Positions 8,675 through 17,400 of a DNA stretch of 32,202 nt are shown here, piece by piece. The stretch is from an uncultured Flavipsychrobacter sp. (GTDB lineage: Bacteria; Bacteroidota; Bacteroidia; Chitinophagales; Chitinophagaceae): contig CAZPDA010000002.1 in assembly GCA_964585115.1 (NCBI GenBank), positions 1 to 32,202 of the forward strand. Direction: 5' to 3'. The translations under genes and the position numbers were made by a program. Below the pieces are notes generated by a model. That model was given only the letters and a program-made list of their open reading frames with translations. It did not search any database and was not told the origin of the DNA. How positions within the stretch are numbered: position 1 is the stretch's first letter; each line of letters begins with the position of its first letter.

Positions 8675-9148
8675 ATGAAAAAAGTAGCCATTTTATTTAC
8701 AGCATTAGCGCTGACCTTATCTGCTACTATGTATTCGTGTAAGAATGATGACAACAACAACCCGACTCCAACACCAATGGAAAAAACGCTTTATGAGCGC
8801 CTTGGTGGTAATGAGTCTATTAAAGCTGTTGTAGACAAGTTCATAGAATATGTAGCTACAGATACTGTTATCAATAGCTTCTTCTCAGAAACTATTGCAA
8901 ATAACAGAGTTGATGACCTGAAGATGAACCTTGTAAACCAAATAGGAGAAGCATCCGGCGGACCAGAAGAGTATACAGGTCTTGACATGGTAACTGCGCA
9001 CAAAGGGATGAACATACAAGACGTACACTTTGATGCACTGGTAGGAGACCTTGTAAAAGCACTAGATTTCTATAACGTACCTGAAAAGGAGAAGGGAGAG
9101 CTTCTTTCTGTATTAGGGCCGATGAGGAGTGATATAGTAGGCAAGTAA
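8675..9148 (+). CDS. Group-1-like truncated haemoglobin (2-on-2 globin) with lipoprotein signal peptide
   Basis: I chose ATG 8675 (MKKVAILFTALALTLSATMYSC|KNDD); the track start at 8570 overlaps the upstream gene. trHb hallmarks are LYERLGG (AB Gly-Gly), GGPEEYTG (EF Gly-Gly) and a proximal-His context MVTAHKGM. Confidence 0.82.
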   Translation: MKKVAILFTALALTLSATMYSCKNDDNNNPTPTPMEKTLYERLGGNESIKAVVDKFIEYVATDTVINSFFSETIANNRVDDLKMNLVNQIGEASGGPEEYTGLDMVTAHKGMNIQDVHFDALVGDLVKALDFYNVPEKEKGELLSVLGPMRSDIVGK

Positions 9149-9182
9149 GCCTTATAATTTTCGTTTTTTGTTTTTCAAGTGG

Positions 9183-9211
9183 AAGCACCCTTTTCAGGGT
9201 GCTTTTCTTTT
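9183..9211 (+). terminator. Intrinsic terminator after the globin gene
   Basis: AAGCACCC (9183-9190), loop TTTTCA, GGGTGCTT (9197-9204), then TTCTTTT. Confidence 0.8.
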
Positions 9212-9223
9212 ATCTTTGTGGTA

Positions 9224-9868
9224 ATGGAACAACCTACGTTTATCTACATAATGGATCCGCTATGTGGATGGTGCTACGGCTTTGGCAATGTGATCAGCAA
9301 AGCTCAGGAAGAATACAAAGACAAAATGCAGTTCATAGTAAAGCCGGGAGGTATGGTAACGGGTGCTTCTGTGCAGCCTGTGGCAGCAACTGCTGACTTT
9401 ATACTTGGTGCATATAAGCGTGTAGAGGAATACGCAGGGGTTACATTTGGCGAGCCATACTTAAACATGCTAAAAGAAGGTACCGAGATAAGCAACTCAG
9501 AACCTCCGTGCAGAGCTATATATACTTTTAATCAGATAAAACCCGAGCAGTCAGTAGACTTTGCTCATGCCCTACAAAAGAAGCTCTATGTAGAAGGTCA
9601 AAGTCTTAATAGTGATGATACTTATATTTCACTTGCTAATGAATTTGGTATCGATGCTACTCAGTTCTTAACAGATATGAACTCTGAAGAAAATAAGTAT
9701 GGTACAGCTCAAGAATTTCAATGGGTGAAAGGTGCGGGCATAACAGGTTTCCCATGTTGTGTTATACAAAAGGGTGAGCAATATTTTCTTGTAGCACGTG
9801 GGTTTCAACCTTATGAGCAACTAAAAGATGTGATAGAAAAAGTGTTGGCAGATGATACACATCAGTAA
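9224..9868 (+). CDS. DsbA-like thioredoxin-fold protein (CGWC active-site motif), no signal peptide
   Basis: I chose ATG 9224 (MEQPTFIYIMDPLCGWCYGF); the track start at 9179 would read through the terminator. The N-terminal beta-strand followed by CxxC is typical of DsbA/FrnE-like or Thioredoxin_5 proteins. Confidence 0.72.
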   Translation: MEQPTFIYIMDPLCGWCYGFGNVISKAQEEYKDKMQFIVKPGGMVTGASVQPVAATADFILGAYKRVEEYAGVTFGEPYLNMLKEGTEISNSEPPCRAIYTFNQIKPEQSVDFAHALQKKLYVEGQSLNSDDTYISLANEFGIDATQFLTDMNSEENKYGTAQEFQWVKGAGITGFPCCVIQKGEQYFLVARGFQPYEQLKDVIEKVLADDTHQ

Positions 9869-9972
9869 TAAATAAGCAACTTTCAAAAAATCTAAATACT
9901 CAGGCAACCCTTTTAAAACTACTGGCATTTATAAGAGTGTTAAACCACTTTTATAAACCAAAAACAGTAGTG

Positions 9973-11307
9973 ATGAAAAGGAATATACTTACCATTATAC
10001 TATTGCTAGTAGCAAGCAGCCTATATGCACAAAACCTTAAATGCGGCTACACTAAAATAGTGAACCATTATAACCAATACCCTAAATTCACCAATTATTA
10101 CAACGGACTCTTTCAACAACATAACAGTCCTAACGCCGCAAAAACAACTAATACAGTTTACAGAATACCTGTTGTATTTCATATAGTCTATAAAAACCAA
10201 GACCAAAACTTGGATGACTCTGTGATACAAAACCAGCTACAGGTGCTTAACGATGCTTACAGGCATAGACATAAGGATGTAAACAATTTAAGAGCAGTAT
10301 TTCAACCTTTTGCAAGTGATACATACATTGAGTTCTACTTAGCAACAACAGACCCTAACGGCAACCCTACTACAGGGATCACACGTACTAAGACCGATGT
10401 AACATACTTTGGTGATTTTATAAATGACACTACGTTCAACTCTTTAGAACGAATAAAGAAAACTACAAAAGGCGGTATAGACCCATGGCCTACAGATAAG
10501 TACCTAAATATATGGGTGGGTAACATTGGAGACTCAACATATGGCATACCTGTACTAGTAGGTTATGCACCACCGCCAACCAACCCGCTACCTCCGAACT
10601 GGATGGGCACAGGAAATCAAGACTGGACCATACTTACAGATGGTGTTGTGATACAATATCAAGCTCTTGGGAATAATAATCCTCACGCTAGCGACCTGAA
10701 TGGACTAGCTATAGCAGGACGTACATTGGTACACGAAATAGGACACTACTTGGGCCTAAGACATATTTCAGGAGATGCACAAGGCACGTCTAAAGCATGT
10801 ACTGCGGCGGGAGATGATGGTATAGCAGATACTCCTCCTCAGGGTCAACAGTCTGCAATGCAAGTGAGCTGCCCTTCTTCAACACAGAATACTTGTGTAT
10901 CAACAACTAATGACCTGCCTGATATGTGGGAGAACTATATGGATTACTCAAATGATAAGTGCCAATCATTATTCACCAAAGGACAGGCTACGCACATGCG
11001 TGTAGTACTTGAGAACCAGAGAAGTAAACTGATAAACTACCAAGGAACTAATGTTTTTGCTCATACATCTCGTGATGAAGAGCTATCGGTTTTCCCTCAA
11101 CCCGCACAGAACGAGGTAAACATACAGTACAGTAAAGCTATTGACCATGTCCAACTGTACAATATGATGGGACAACTTGCATTCAGCAAAACAGGTAACA
11201 ACATCAAGCAGATAGACGTATCCAACTTACCGAGCGGTAATTATATTATTAAACTGCAAGCTAGCGGTGAGAAATCTATATCTAAACACATACTTATAAA
11301 GCAATAA
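9973..11307 (+). CDS. M43-family zinc metalloprotease with T9SS C-terminal sorting domain
   Basis: Signal peptide MKRNILTIILLLVASSLYAQ. The extended zinc motif is HEIGHYLGLRH, with a Met-turn region ENYMDYS. The last ~80 aa (LSVFPQPAQNEVNIQYS...LPSGNYIIKLQASGEKSISKHILIKQ) look like a type A Por secretion tail. Confidence 0.88.
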   Translation: MKRNILTIILLLVASSLYAQNLKCGYTKIVNHYNQYPKFTNYYNGLFQQHNSPNAAKTTNTVYRIPVVFHIVYKNQDQNLDDSVIQNQLQVLNDAYRHRHKDVNNLRAVFQPFASDTYIEFYLATTDPNGNPTTGITRTKTDVTYFGDFINDTTFNSLERIKKTTKGGIDPWPTDKYLNIWVGNIGDSTYGIPVLVGYAPPPTNPLPPNWMGTGNQDWTILTDGVVIQYQALGNNNPHASDLNGLAIAGRTLVHEIGHYLGLRHISGDAQGTSKACTAAGDDGIADTPPQGQQSAMQVSCPSSTQNTCVSTTNDLPDMWENYMDYSNDKCQSLFTKGQATHMRVVLENQRSKLINYQGTNVFAHTSRDEELSVFPQPAQNEVNIQYSKAIDHVQLYNMMGQLAFSKTGNNIKQIDVSNLPSGNYIIKLQASGEKSISKHILIKQ

Positions 11308-11325
11308 GCTATAAAACAAACACGC

Positions 11326-11372
11326 AAACCCGATGAGTAGCGTAAGCCATTACTTATCGGGTTTATTTTTTG
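11326..11372 (+). terminator. Intrinsic terminator after the M43 protease gene
   Basis: AAACCCGAT (11326-11334) / ATCGGGTTT (11356-11364), with inner AGTA/TACT pairing, then ATTTTTTTG. Confidence 0.75.
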
Positions 11373-11513
11373 TAGCACATGCTCCAAACACCCTATTATT
11401 CACACCTTCTTGAAAAATATCTGTTTTTTCAGCCAGCAATGTTGTTATTTTGTGCTTGGTAACGGTTGTATCTTTAAAAAAATGGATATACCTTTCAATT
11501 ACTAACTCACAAC

Positions 11514-11861
11514 ATGCTACTACGTCCGATATTATTAATAATTGCTGCTGTACTTGCTGTATTATTATACAGGATGCTAAGTCGTGGCGGTAAAACCTAT
11601 TCTTACGACCGCACACAAACTATCTCTTTTCTATCTGATGGCACAGAGCATGTATTACAAGACGTAACTAATGGTTCTATCATCATAGGTAGCAAAACCA
11701 TATTGATAGACGGCCTTGAATATGTGTATAAGCCTACCGAAGGTGAACCTGTACAAGCTTTGCTAGATTTTGATGAAAGTGGATTACGTAGTGTAAGAGT
11801 ACTCCTTCAAGAAGGAGAGAAGCAGTACTTCATCACTCGCGACTCTTCTAAAACGGTTTAA
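11514..11861 (+). CDS. Hypothetical small membrane-anchored protein
   Basis: 115 aa with an ATG start and N-terminal TM helix ILLIIAAVLAVLLY. No family is recognised. Its stop codon directly abuts the stop of the convergent receptor-like gene. Confidence 0.5.
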   Translation: MLLRPILLIIAAVLAVLLYRMLSRGGKTYSYDRTQTISFLSDGTEHVLQDVTNGSIIIGSKTILIDGLEYVYKPTEGEPVQALLDFDESGLRSVRVLLQEGEKQYFITRDSSKTV

Positions 11862-14267
11862 CTACATTCTATTCAGCTCATCTGTACTTGTACTCCTACT
11901 TTTTCTATCATTCTTCCCAAAGTTGTATGTAAAGCTAAGTATAGCTGAAGATGAACTAAAAGCATAACTCGCCTCACTTACAGAGTTGCCAGACATAACC
12001 GTTGGTCTATATCTATATACATTGAACGGGTCATTAAGCGAAAACTTAAGCGTACCTGAGTCGTTGAACATTCTCTTAGATACATTAGCCGACGACCAAA
12101 CTGATGGTGCTACATCACTTGCTGTATTCTGTTTGATACGGCTAGTATAGCCTACCTGTACATTTGCATACCACCCTTTATTGAATGTTAATTGACTATC
12201 CACACTTAAGCTATAACCCCATCCTTTATTCCTTTCATCTCTACTATAGTTATCTACATACCAACCTCTACCTGTGCTTACCAATAACCACTCTTCAATT
12301 ATAGGTAGATTCAGATACATAGAAAGGTCTACTGATTGGTTATGCCCATTATTGGTAGTAGAGTAGTTACTTACTTTGGTCTGCTCATTATAATCCAAAA
12401 CACTGGTAAAAAGGTTAGAGGTATAGTTGTAGGTAGCAGTACTTATCAACCTGTTTTTATAATTATGTTTTAGCTCAAAGTTGTGTGCATATTGCGGTTG
12501 CAAATATGGATTGCCACTAGTATATCTATACTGAGATTCAAACCTTCTAAAAGGATTTAGCTCTCGGTAGAACGGACGCTTGACCCTTCTACCATAATTC
12601 AGCTCTACAGTGTTATTACTATCTAGTTTATAATTGACGAACAATGAAGGGAAGAATGACAAACGATCTCTAGTGAAGCTACTACCCTGTACATACTCCT
12701 TACCTTTTATATAAGACTGCTCTGCTCTTACACCTGCTTTTGCTTGCCATTTGCCATATATTCTTGAGCCTGAAATATATGCAGCACTTATACTTTCATT
12801 GTATACAAAGTGATTACTGATACTGCTGTCATATTGCATTTTGCCATCCTTACTTGCATAGAATATATTCTCATCTTCTATCCATACGTAACTGCTTTTG
12901 ACACCAGCCTCTAGCTCATACTTACCTACACTCCCTGTATAATCTACCTTTGCACTATACAGGTCGGAGAGTGTTGGAATATCATTTTGCAGCAATACCC
13001 TATCGGGTAATGGACTACCATACTTATCATGGTTTGTAGTGGCTATTCTTTGGTAGATGTCCTTATCCGTCCTGAAAAAGTCTAACTGAGAAGACAGCTT
13101 ATGACCATCTGATAACTTATGGCCTAGATAAGCGTTGCCATACCATAGAGTTCTAGTATCTCCTGTATTACCATTAGCAATATTTACTGTTCTATTATCA
13201 TTGATATTATCCACTATCAAGGTCTTGGTCTGGTCTACTTCACTATTAGTATGATATACACCTTTTACATAACCACCAAAAGAAGTCTTATCGTTCAGGT
13301 CTATATCTGTACCTAGCTTCAGGTTATAATCATCATAGGTCTCTTTCATAAAAGCATCTTCATCCACTATTGTATTTACCACGCCAGTAGTGGGGTCTTT
13401 TGATGTAACCTTAGTTAGCCTCAACAACGAGTTTTGCCCAAAATAAGTACCGGGAGAAGCATATACCGTCACATTATTCCTCTTATAGTTGATAGTGGCG
13501 TTTGATGCAGACACCCCATAGTTACTCTGCGAATGTCTGGCCATCATATTACCACTCCATCCCTGTTTTTTCTTTCTGGTCATGTTGATATTGATGAGAC
13601 CGACATTACCTTCCGCATCATACTTAGCAGATGGCTGTGTCATCAATTCTATATTCTTTATATCTGCTGCCGATACACCTCTTAAATATGTGGTAAGCTC
13701 TTCTCCTTCTAAGTAGGTAGGCTTATCATTTATCAGTACTACTAAGCCTGTTTTGCCTTGTATTGATACACTACCCGTTGGGCTGACCTCTACACCCGGC
13801 AACTCTCGCAATATATCTAGCACATTCTTGCCTTGCTTAGCGTTATCACCAATATCCAATATTGTTTTACCAAGCTCAGTTCTTATAATATTCCTTCTAG
13901 TCCTTACCACTACTTGGTCTAGGTTATTGCTTTGTGTTTCTAATACTATCTTGAGATCACTTACATCCCCTAAAACGGTTAGGTCTTTATACATAGGCTT
14001 ATAGCCTATAGCATTAGTAGCTACTAAATATTTACCCGCCTCTACCTTTTCAAATGTATAAGCACCATGATCTTTAGATAAGGCAGTTTGCACCCAGCTA
14101 GAATCTGAATGGTTAAGTAATGAGACATTAACAGCCACTATACTCTGACCATCTTTATTCTCAATTGTTCCCGATACTTGGTACTGTTGGGCATTTGCAC
14201 TTGCACTTAACAGAGTGCAAATAATAAGAGCAGAAAGCTTAAAGGTATTATTCATAGTAGACGACAT
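11862..14267 (-). CDS. TonB-dependent-receptor-like outer membrane protein (CarboxypepD_reg + plug + barrel), paralogue of 1839-4283
   Basis: 801 aa with signal peptide ending SASANAQ. It shares the same block order as the first copy (GKY...GY, SIQGK.G..VLI, IELMTQPSAKYDAEGN, KADYT/KVDYT, RPxYxxLNPF, SFTYNFG plus a polar tail). Confidence 0.85.
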   Translation of the reverse strand: MSSTMNNTFKLSALIICTLLSASANAQQYQVSGTIENKDGQSIVAVNVSLLNHSDSSWVQTALSKDHGAYTFEKVEAGKYLVATNAIGYKPMYKDLTVLGDVSDLKIVLETQSNNLDQVVVRTRRNIIRTELGKTILDIGDNAKQGKNVLDILRELPGVEVSPTGSVSIQGKTGLVVLINDKPTYLEGEELTTYLRGVSAADIKNIELMTQPSAKYDAEGNVGLININMTRKKKQGWSGNMMARHSQSNYGVSASNATINYKRNNVTVYASPGTYFGQNSLLRLTKVTSKDPTTGVVNTIVDEDAFMKETYDDYNLKLGTDIDLNDKTSFGGYVKGVYHTNSEVDQTKTLIVDNINDNRTVNIANGNTGDTRTLWYGNAYLGHKLSDGHKLSSQLDFFRTDKDIYQRIATTNHDKYGSPLPDRVLLQNDIPTLSDLYSAKVDYTGSVGKYELEAGVKSSYVWIEDENIFYASKDGKMQYDSSISNHFVYNESISAAYISGSRIYGKWQAKAGVRAEQSYIKGKEYVQGSSFTRDRLSFFPSLFVNYKLDSNNTVELNYGRRVKRPFYRELNPFRRFESQYRYTSGNPYLQPQYAHNFELKHNYKNRLISTATYNYTSNLFTSVLDYNEQTKVSNYSTTNNGHNQSVDLSMYLNLPIIEEWLLVSTGRGWYVDNYSRDERNKGWGYSLSVDSQLTFNKGWYANVQVGYTSRIKQNTASDVAPSVWSSANVSKRMFNDSGTLKFSLNDPFNVYRYRPTVMSGNSVSEASYAFSSSSAILSFTYNFGKNDRKSRSTSTDELNRM

Positions 14268-14345
14268 TTGGTAAAAACTACTATATAAATGTAAGGCTAT
14301 CAGCTTAAGAAAGTTCTTTGAAGTGTAGATGTTTAGAGAACTTTA

Positions 14346-14383
14346 ACGGAATAAAGAACGGCGCACAGATACCTGTACGCCGC
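14346..14383 (-). terminator. Probable intrinsic terminator downstream of smc
   Basis: Interrupted stem CGGCG-c-ACAG / CTGT-a-CGCCG (14359-14382). On the minus strand it is followed by TTCTTTATT. Confidence 0.55.
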
Positions 14384-14407
14384 TTTATTTAAATATTTAA
14401 CTAGTGG

Positions 14408-17400
14408 TTAGTTTTCGCTAAGACTTCTAAAATCAACAGGCACTAACTTACTCACACCAGGCTCTTGCATCGTCACACCATAGATAACGTCTACTGATGC
14501 CATGGTCTGCTTATTGTGTGTCACCAAGATGAACTGTGAGTTGTCGCTGAACTGACGTATCATCTGTGTAAACTTGCCTACGTTAGCATCATCAAGAGGT
14601 GCATCTACCTCATCAAGGATACAGAACGGTGCAGGCTTTATCAGATAAATTGCGAACAAGAATGCTGTAGAGGTAAGTGTCTTCTCCCCACCCGATAGCT
14701 GCGTAAGCGTGCTTGGCCTTTTACCCTTAGGCTGAGCATATATCTCAATACCACTATCCGCTACATTCTCCGGGTCTGTAAGTCTTAGGTCACACTTATC
14801 TTCCTCTGTAAACAATGCTTTGAATACTGTAATAAAGTTCTCGCGTACTTTCTCAAATGTATCTTTAAACTTAGCATTTGCAGTATTTTCTACTTCTTCA
14901 ATAGTAGACATCAATGTCTGTTTAGCATCTACAAGGTCGTTCTTCTGCTCTACTATAAAGTCATGCCTTACTTTCATTTCCGTAAACGCCTCAATAGCTG
15001 TTGGGTTCACTTCACCCATATTTTCAAGGCGACGTTTCAAACGTTCTGCTTCGGCATTAAGCTCGTCTACAGTTAGTTCTGTAGTGCGGTCATCATCCAG
15101 TACTTCATCAAGGTTCACTTTGAACTCTACACTTAGCCTTTCCTTCATGCCGGCCAATTGTAGTTTCATTTCACTAAGCTTATCCTTTATGCTGGTTAGC
15201 AATGTTTCTACCTGCTCTTTCTCTCTACGCTTTTGGTTTAGTTTGCCTTCTTTTTCTGACAGCTCATTCCTTGTCTGATAATACAATCTATCCTTCTCGT
15301 TCAAGGTAGCTTCATCAGCTTCCTTCTTCTTCATCAGGTCATATAGTTCCGTATCATCACTGTTCAGTACTCCTTCTGTAGACTGTAATTCTTCAGAAGT
15401 TTGTTGCAACTGTTCCGTATTTGTTTTTATCTGCTGTTGCAAGTCACTCAACTGCTTGGTACGGAAACTCAGCTCCTGCTTCAGGCTATCTATCTTACTC
15501 TGCTGTCTAGTGAACTGTATATTCTGATTATTGAATTGCTCTCTAGACCTATTAAAATCGTCTTCTACAGACCTGAATTCATCTTCTGCAACAGATATAC
15601 GCTCATTTGCAGACTCAAGGCTTTCGTTTATATCGTCTAGCGCTGTACGCGTATCGCTAATATCGTCTTGTGTATCAGCAAGCTGCTCTTGCAAACCTGC
15701 TAAGCGTTCATCACCCGTGCTATTTAAATGTTGATAGTTCTTAACCTTATCCTCAAGGTTTACCAACTTATTTTGCAACTGGTTGATGTCTTGCTTCGTT
15801 TGCTCAATAGCTCTATCATTCAGCTCTTGGTTGAAGCCTGTTATCAATGTTTGAGTATCAGCTATCTCTTGCTTAAGCGTTGCGGTCTTCTCCGTAAGTT
15901 CTGCTATCTCTTTAGCAAGACGCTCAAGGTTCTTAGCACGCCCTATTTTATTACCTTCAAATAGCCCGACAGAACCACCACCAAATGTATACTTACCTCT
16001 TACCTGCTTACCATTTTTAGCCACAAGTACACAACCATTATCTAAAGCGGTGCCTGTAAGTTCAGCATCGTCTTCAGCAATGTACACATGACCTAGTAGA
16101 TGTTGTGCTAACTGCTTATGCTGCTCGTCAACAGTAACAACACTTAATGCCGGCACTACATTACCTGTAGGTGCTTGATGGTCTTTTGCTTGGTAGTTAT
16201 TGAATTGGTCTAGTATAAAGAAATTGGCTTTACCTTTCTTATTCTCATCCAATAGTTGAATGGCAGTCTTCGCATCATCTACATTATTTACCAGATAATA
16301 GTTCAAGTAGCTATCCAGTAGATTTTCTAATGCAGTACGGTACTCGTTCTTCACCACAAACACATCAGACAATAGTGGAGCATCCTTACCCCAGTCCTTA
16401 TGCTTGCTCAAAAACTTGATACTATCAGGATAACCTTCCAGACTTTCAACAAGCGACTTCAGAAGGTCATGCTCGTTAGACCTGGAATCTAGTTTTCTAT
16501 TCGCCTCCACAAGTTCAGACCTAAGCGTCTCTACTTGTTCTTGGCTTTGCAATATCTTACCCTTTACTTCTTCATGCTTTTCTATCAGCTCTTGTAGCTC
16601 TTCCTTCTTATCACCCAGCTGCTCTTCTGCATCTTTCTGTTCATCAGTAAGCTGTGTTATCTGTGTATTACGCTGGCTGGTCTCTTCCTGCAATTGATGG
16701 ATACTACGCTGAATATTCATAACAGAAGTATCCGCAATAGCAACCTTCTTTTCAGCATCGAACTGCTCTCTCTGCTTTTGTTGATACTCAGCTCGCAAGA
16801 CTTCCAATGCTTGCTTTTTCTCATCAAAAGAGGCTCTTTTTTGGTCTGCCTGCTCACGAAGTTTTTCTAACTCTTCCTTTATTCCTTCAAGCTTTTCTTG
16901 CTCTTCACCTATCTGTTCTTCAGAGAACTGTATGGAGTCAGACAAGCTACTCAATTGGTCGTCTGCTCCGGTAAGGAAATCGTTGAGGCTCTTTTCCCTT
17001 TCTCTAAGATGGTCTATCTTTTGAGAAGCTAGTCGCTTATCACTTTCTAGCTGACGAATTTTACCTACTAGCTCATTGAACTCTTTCTGTAAGCTATTTA
17101 GCTCTTGCTCTTTCGATACAAGCTGTACTTTTTCTTGCTCAATAGTTGCAGACTCCTTATTGATAATAGCCTCTAACTCCGTCTTCTTATCTACTTCTGT
17201 TGCTTGCTGGTCGTTCAGCTCTTTATACTGGTCATTAAAGTGTTCAAGAGAGGCTTTGGCCAGCTCTACACTTATTTCTTTGTAGTCTTTCTTTATCTGA
17301 TAATAACGTTCTGCCTTCTTGGCTTGGCTTTCCAGCGTACGAAGGTTATTACCTATCTCAAACAACAGGTCTTCTATACGCGAAAGGTCTTGCTCTGTAG

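Noticed and set aside
11350-11616. 88-aa minus-strand ORF between the M43 protease and the 115-aa ORF
   Set aside because: It runs through the M43 terminator hairpin and overlaps the start of the plus-strand ORF. It has an odd Cys/Gln-rich composition and no recognisable features.
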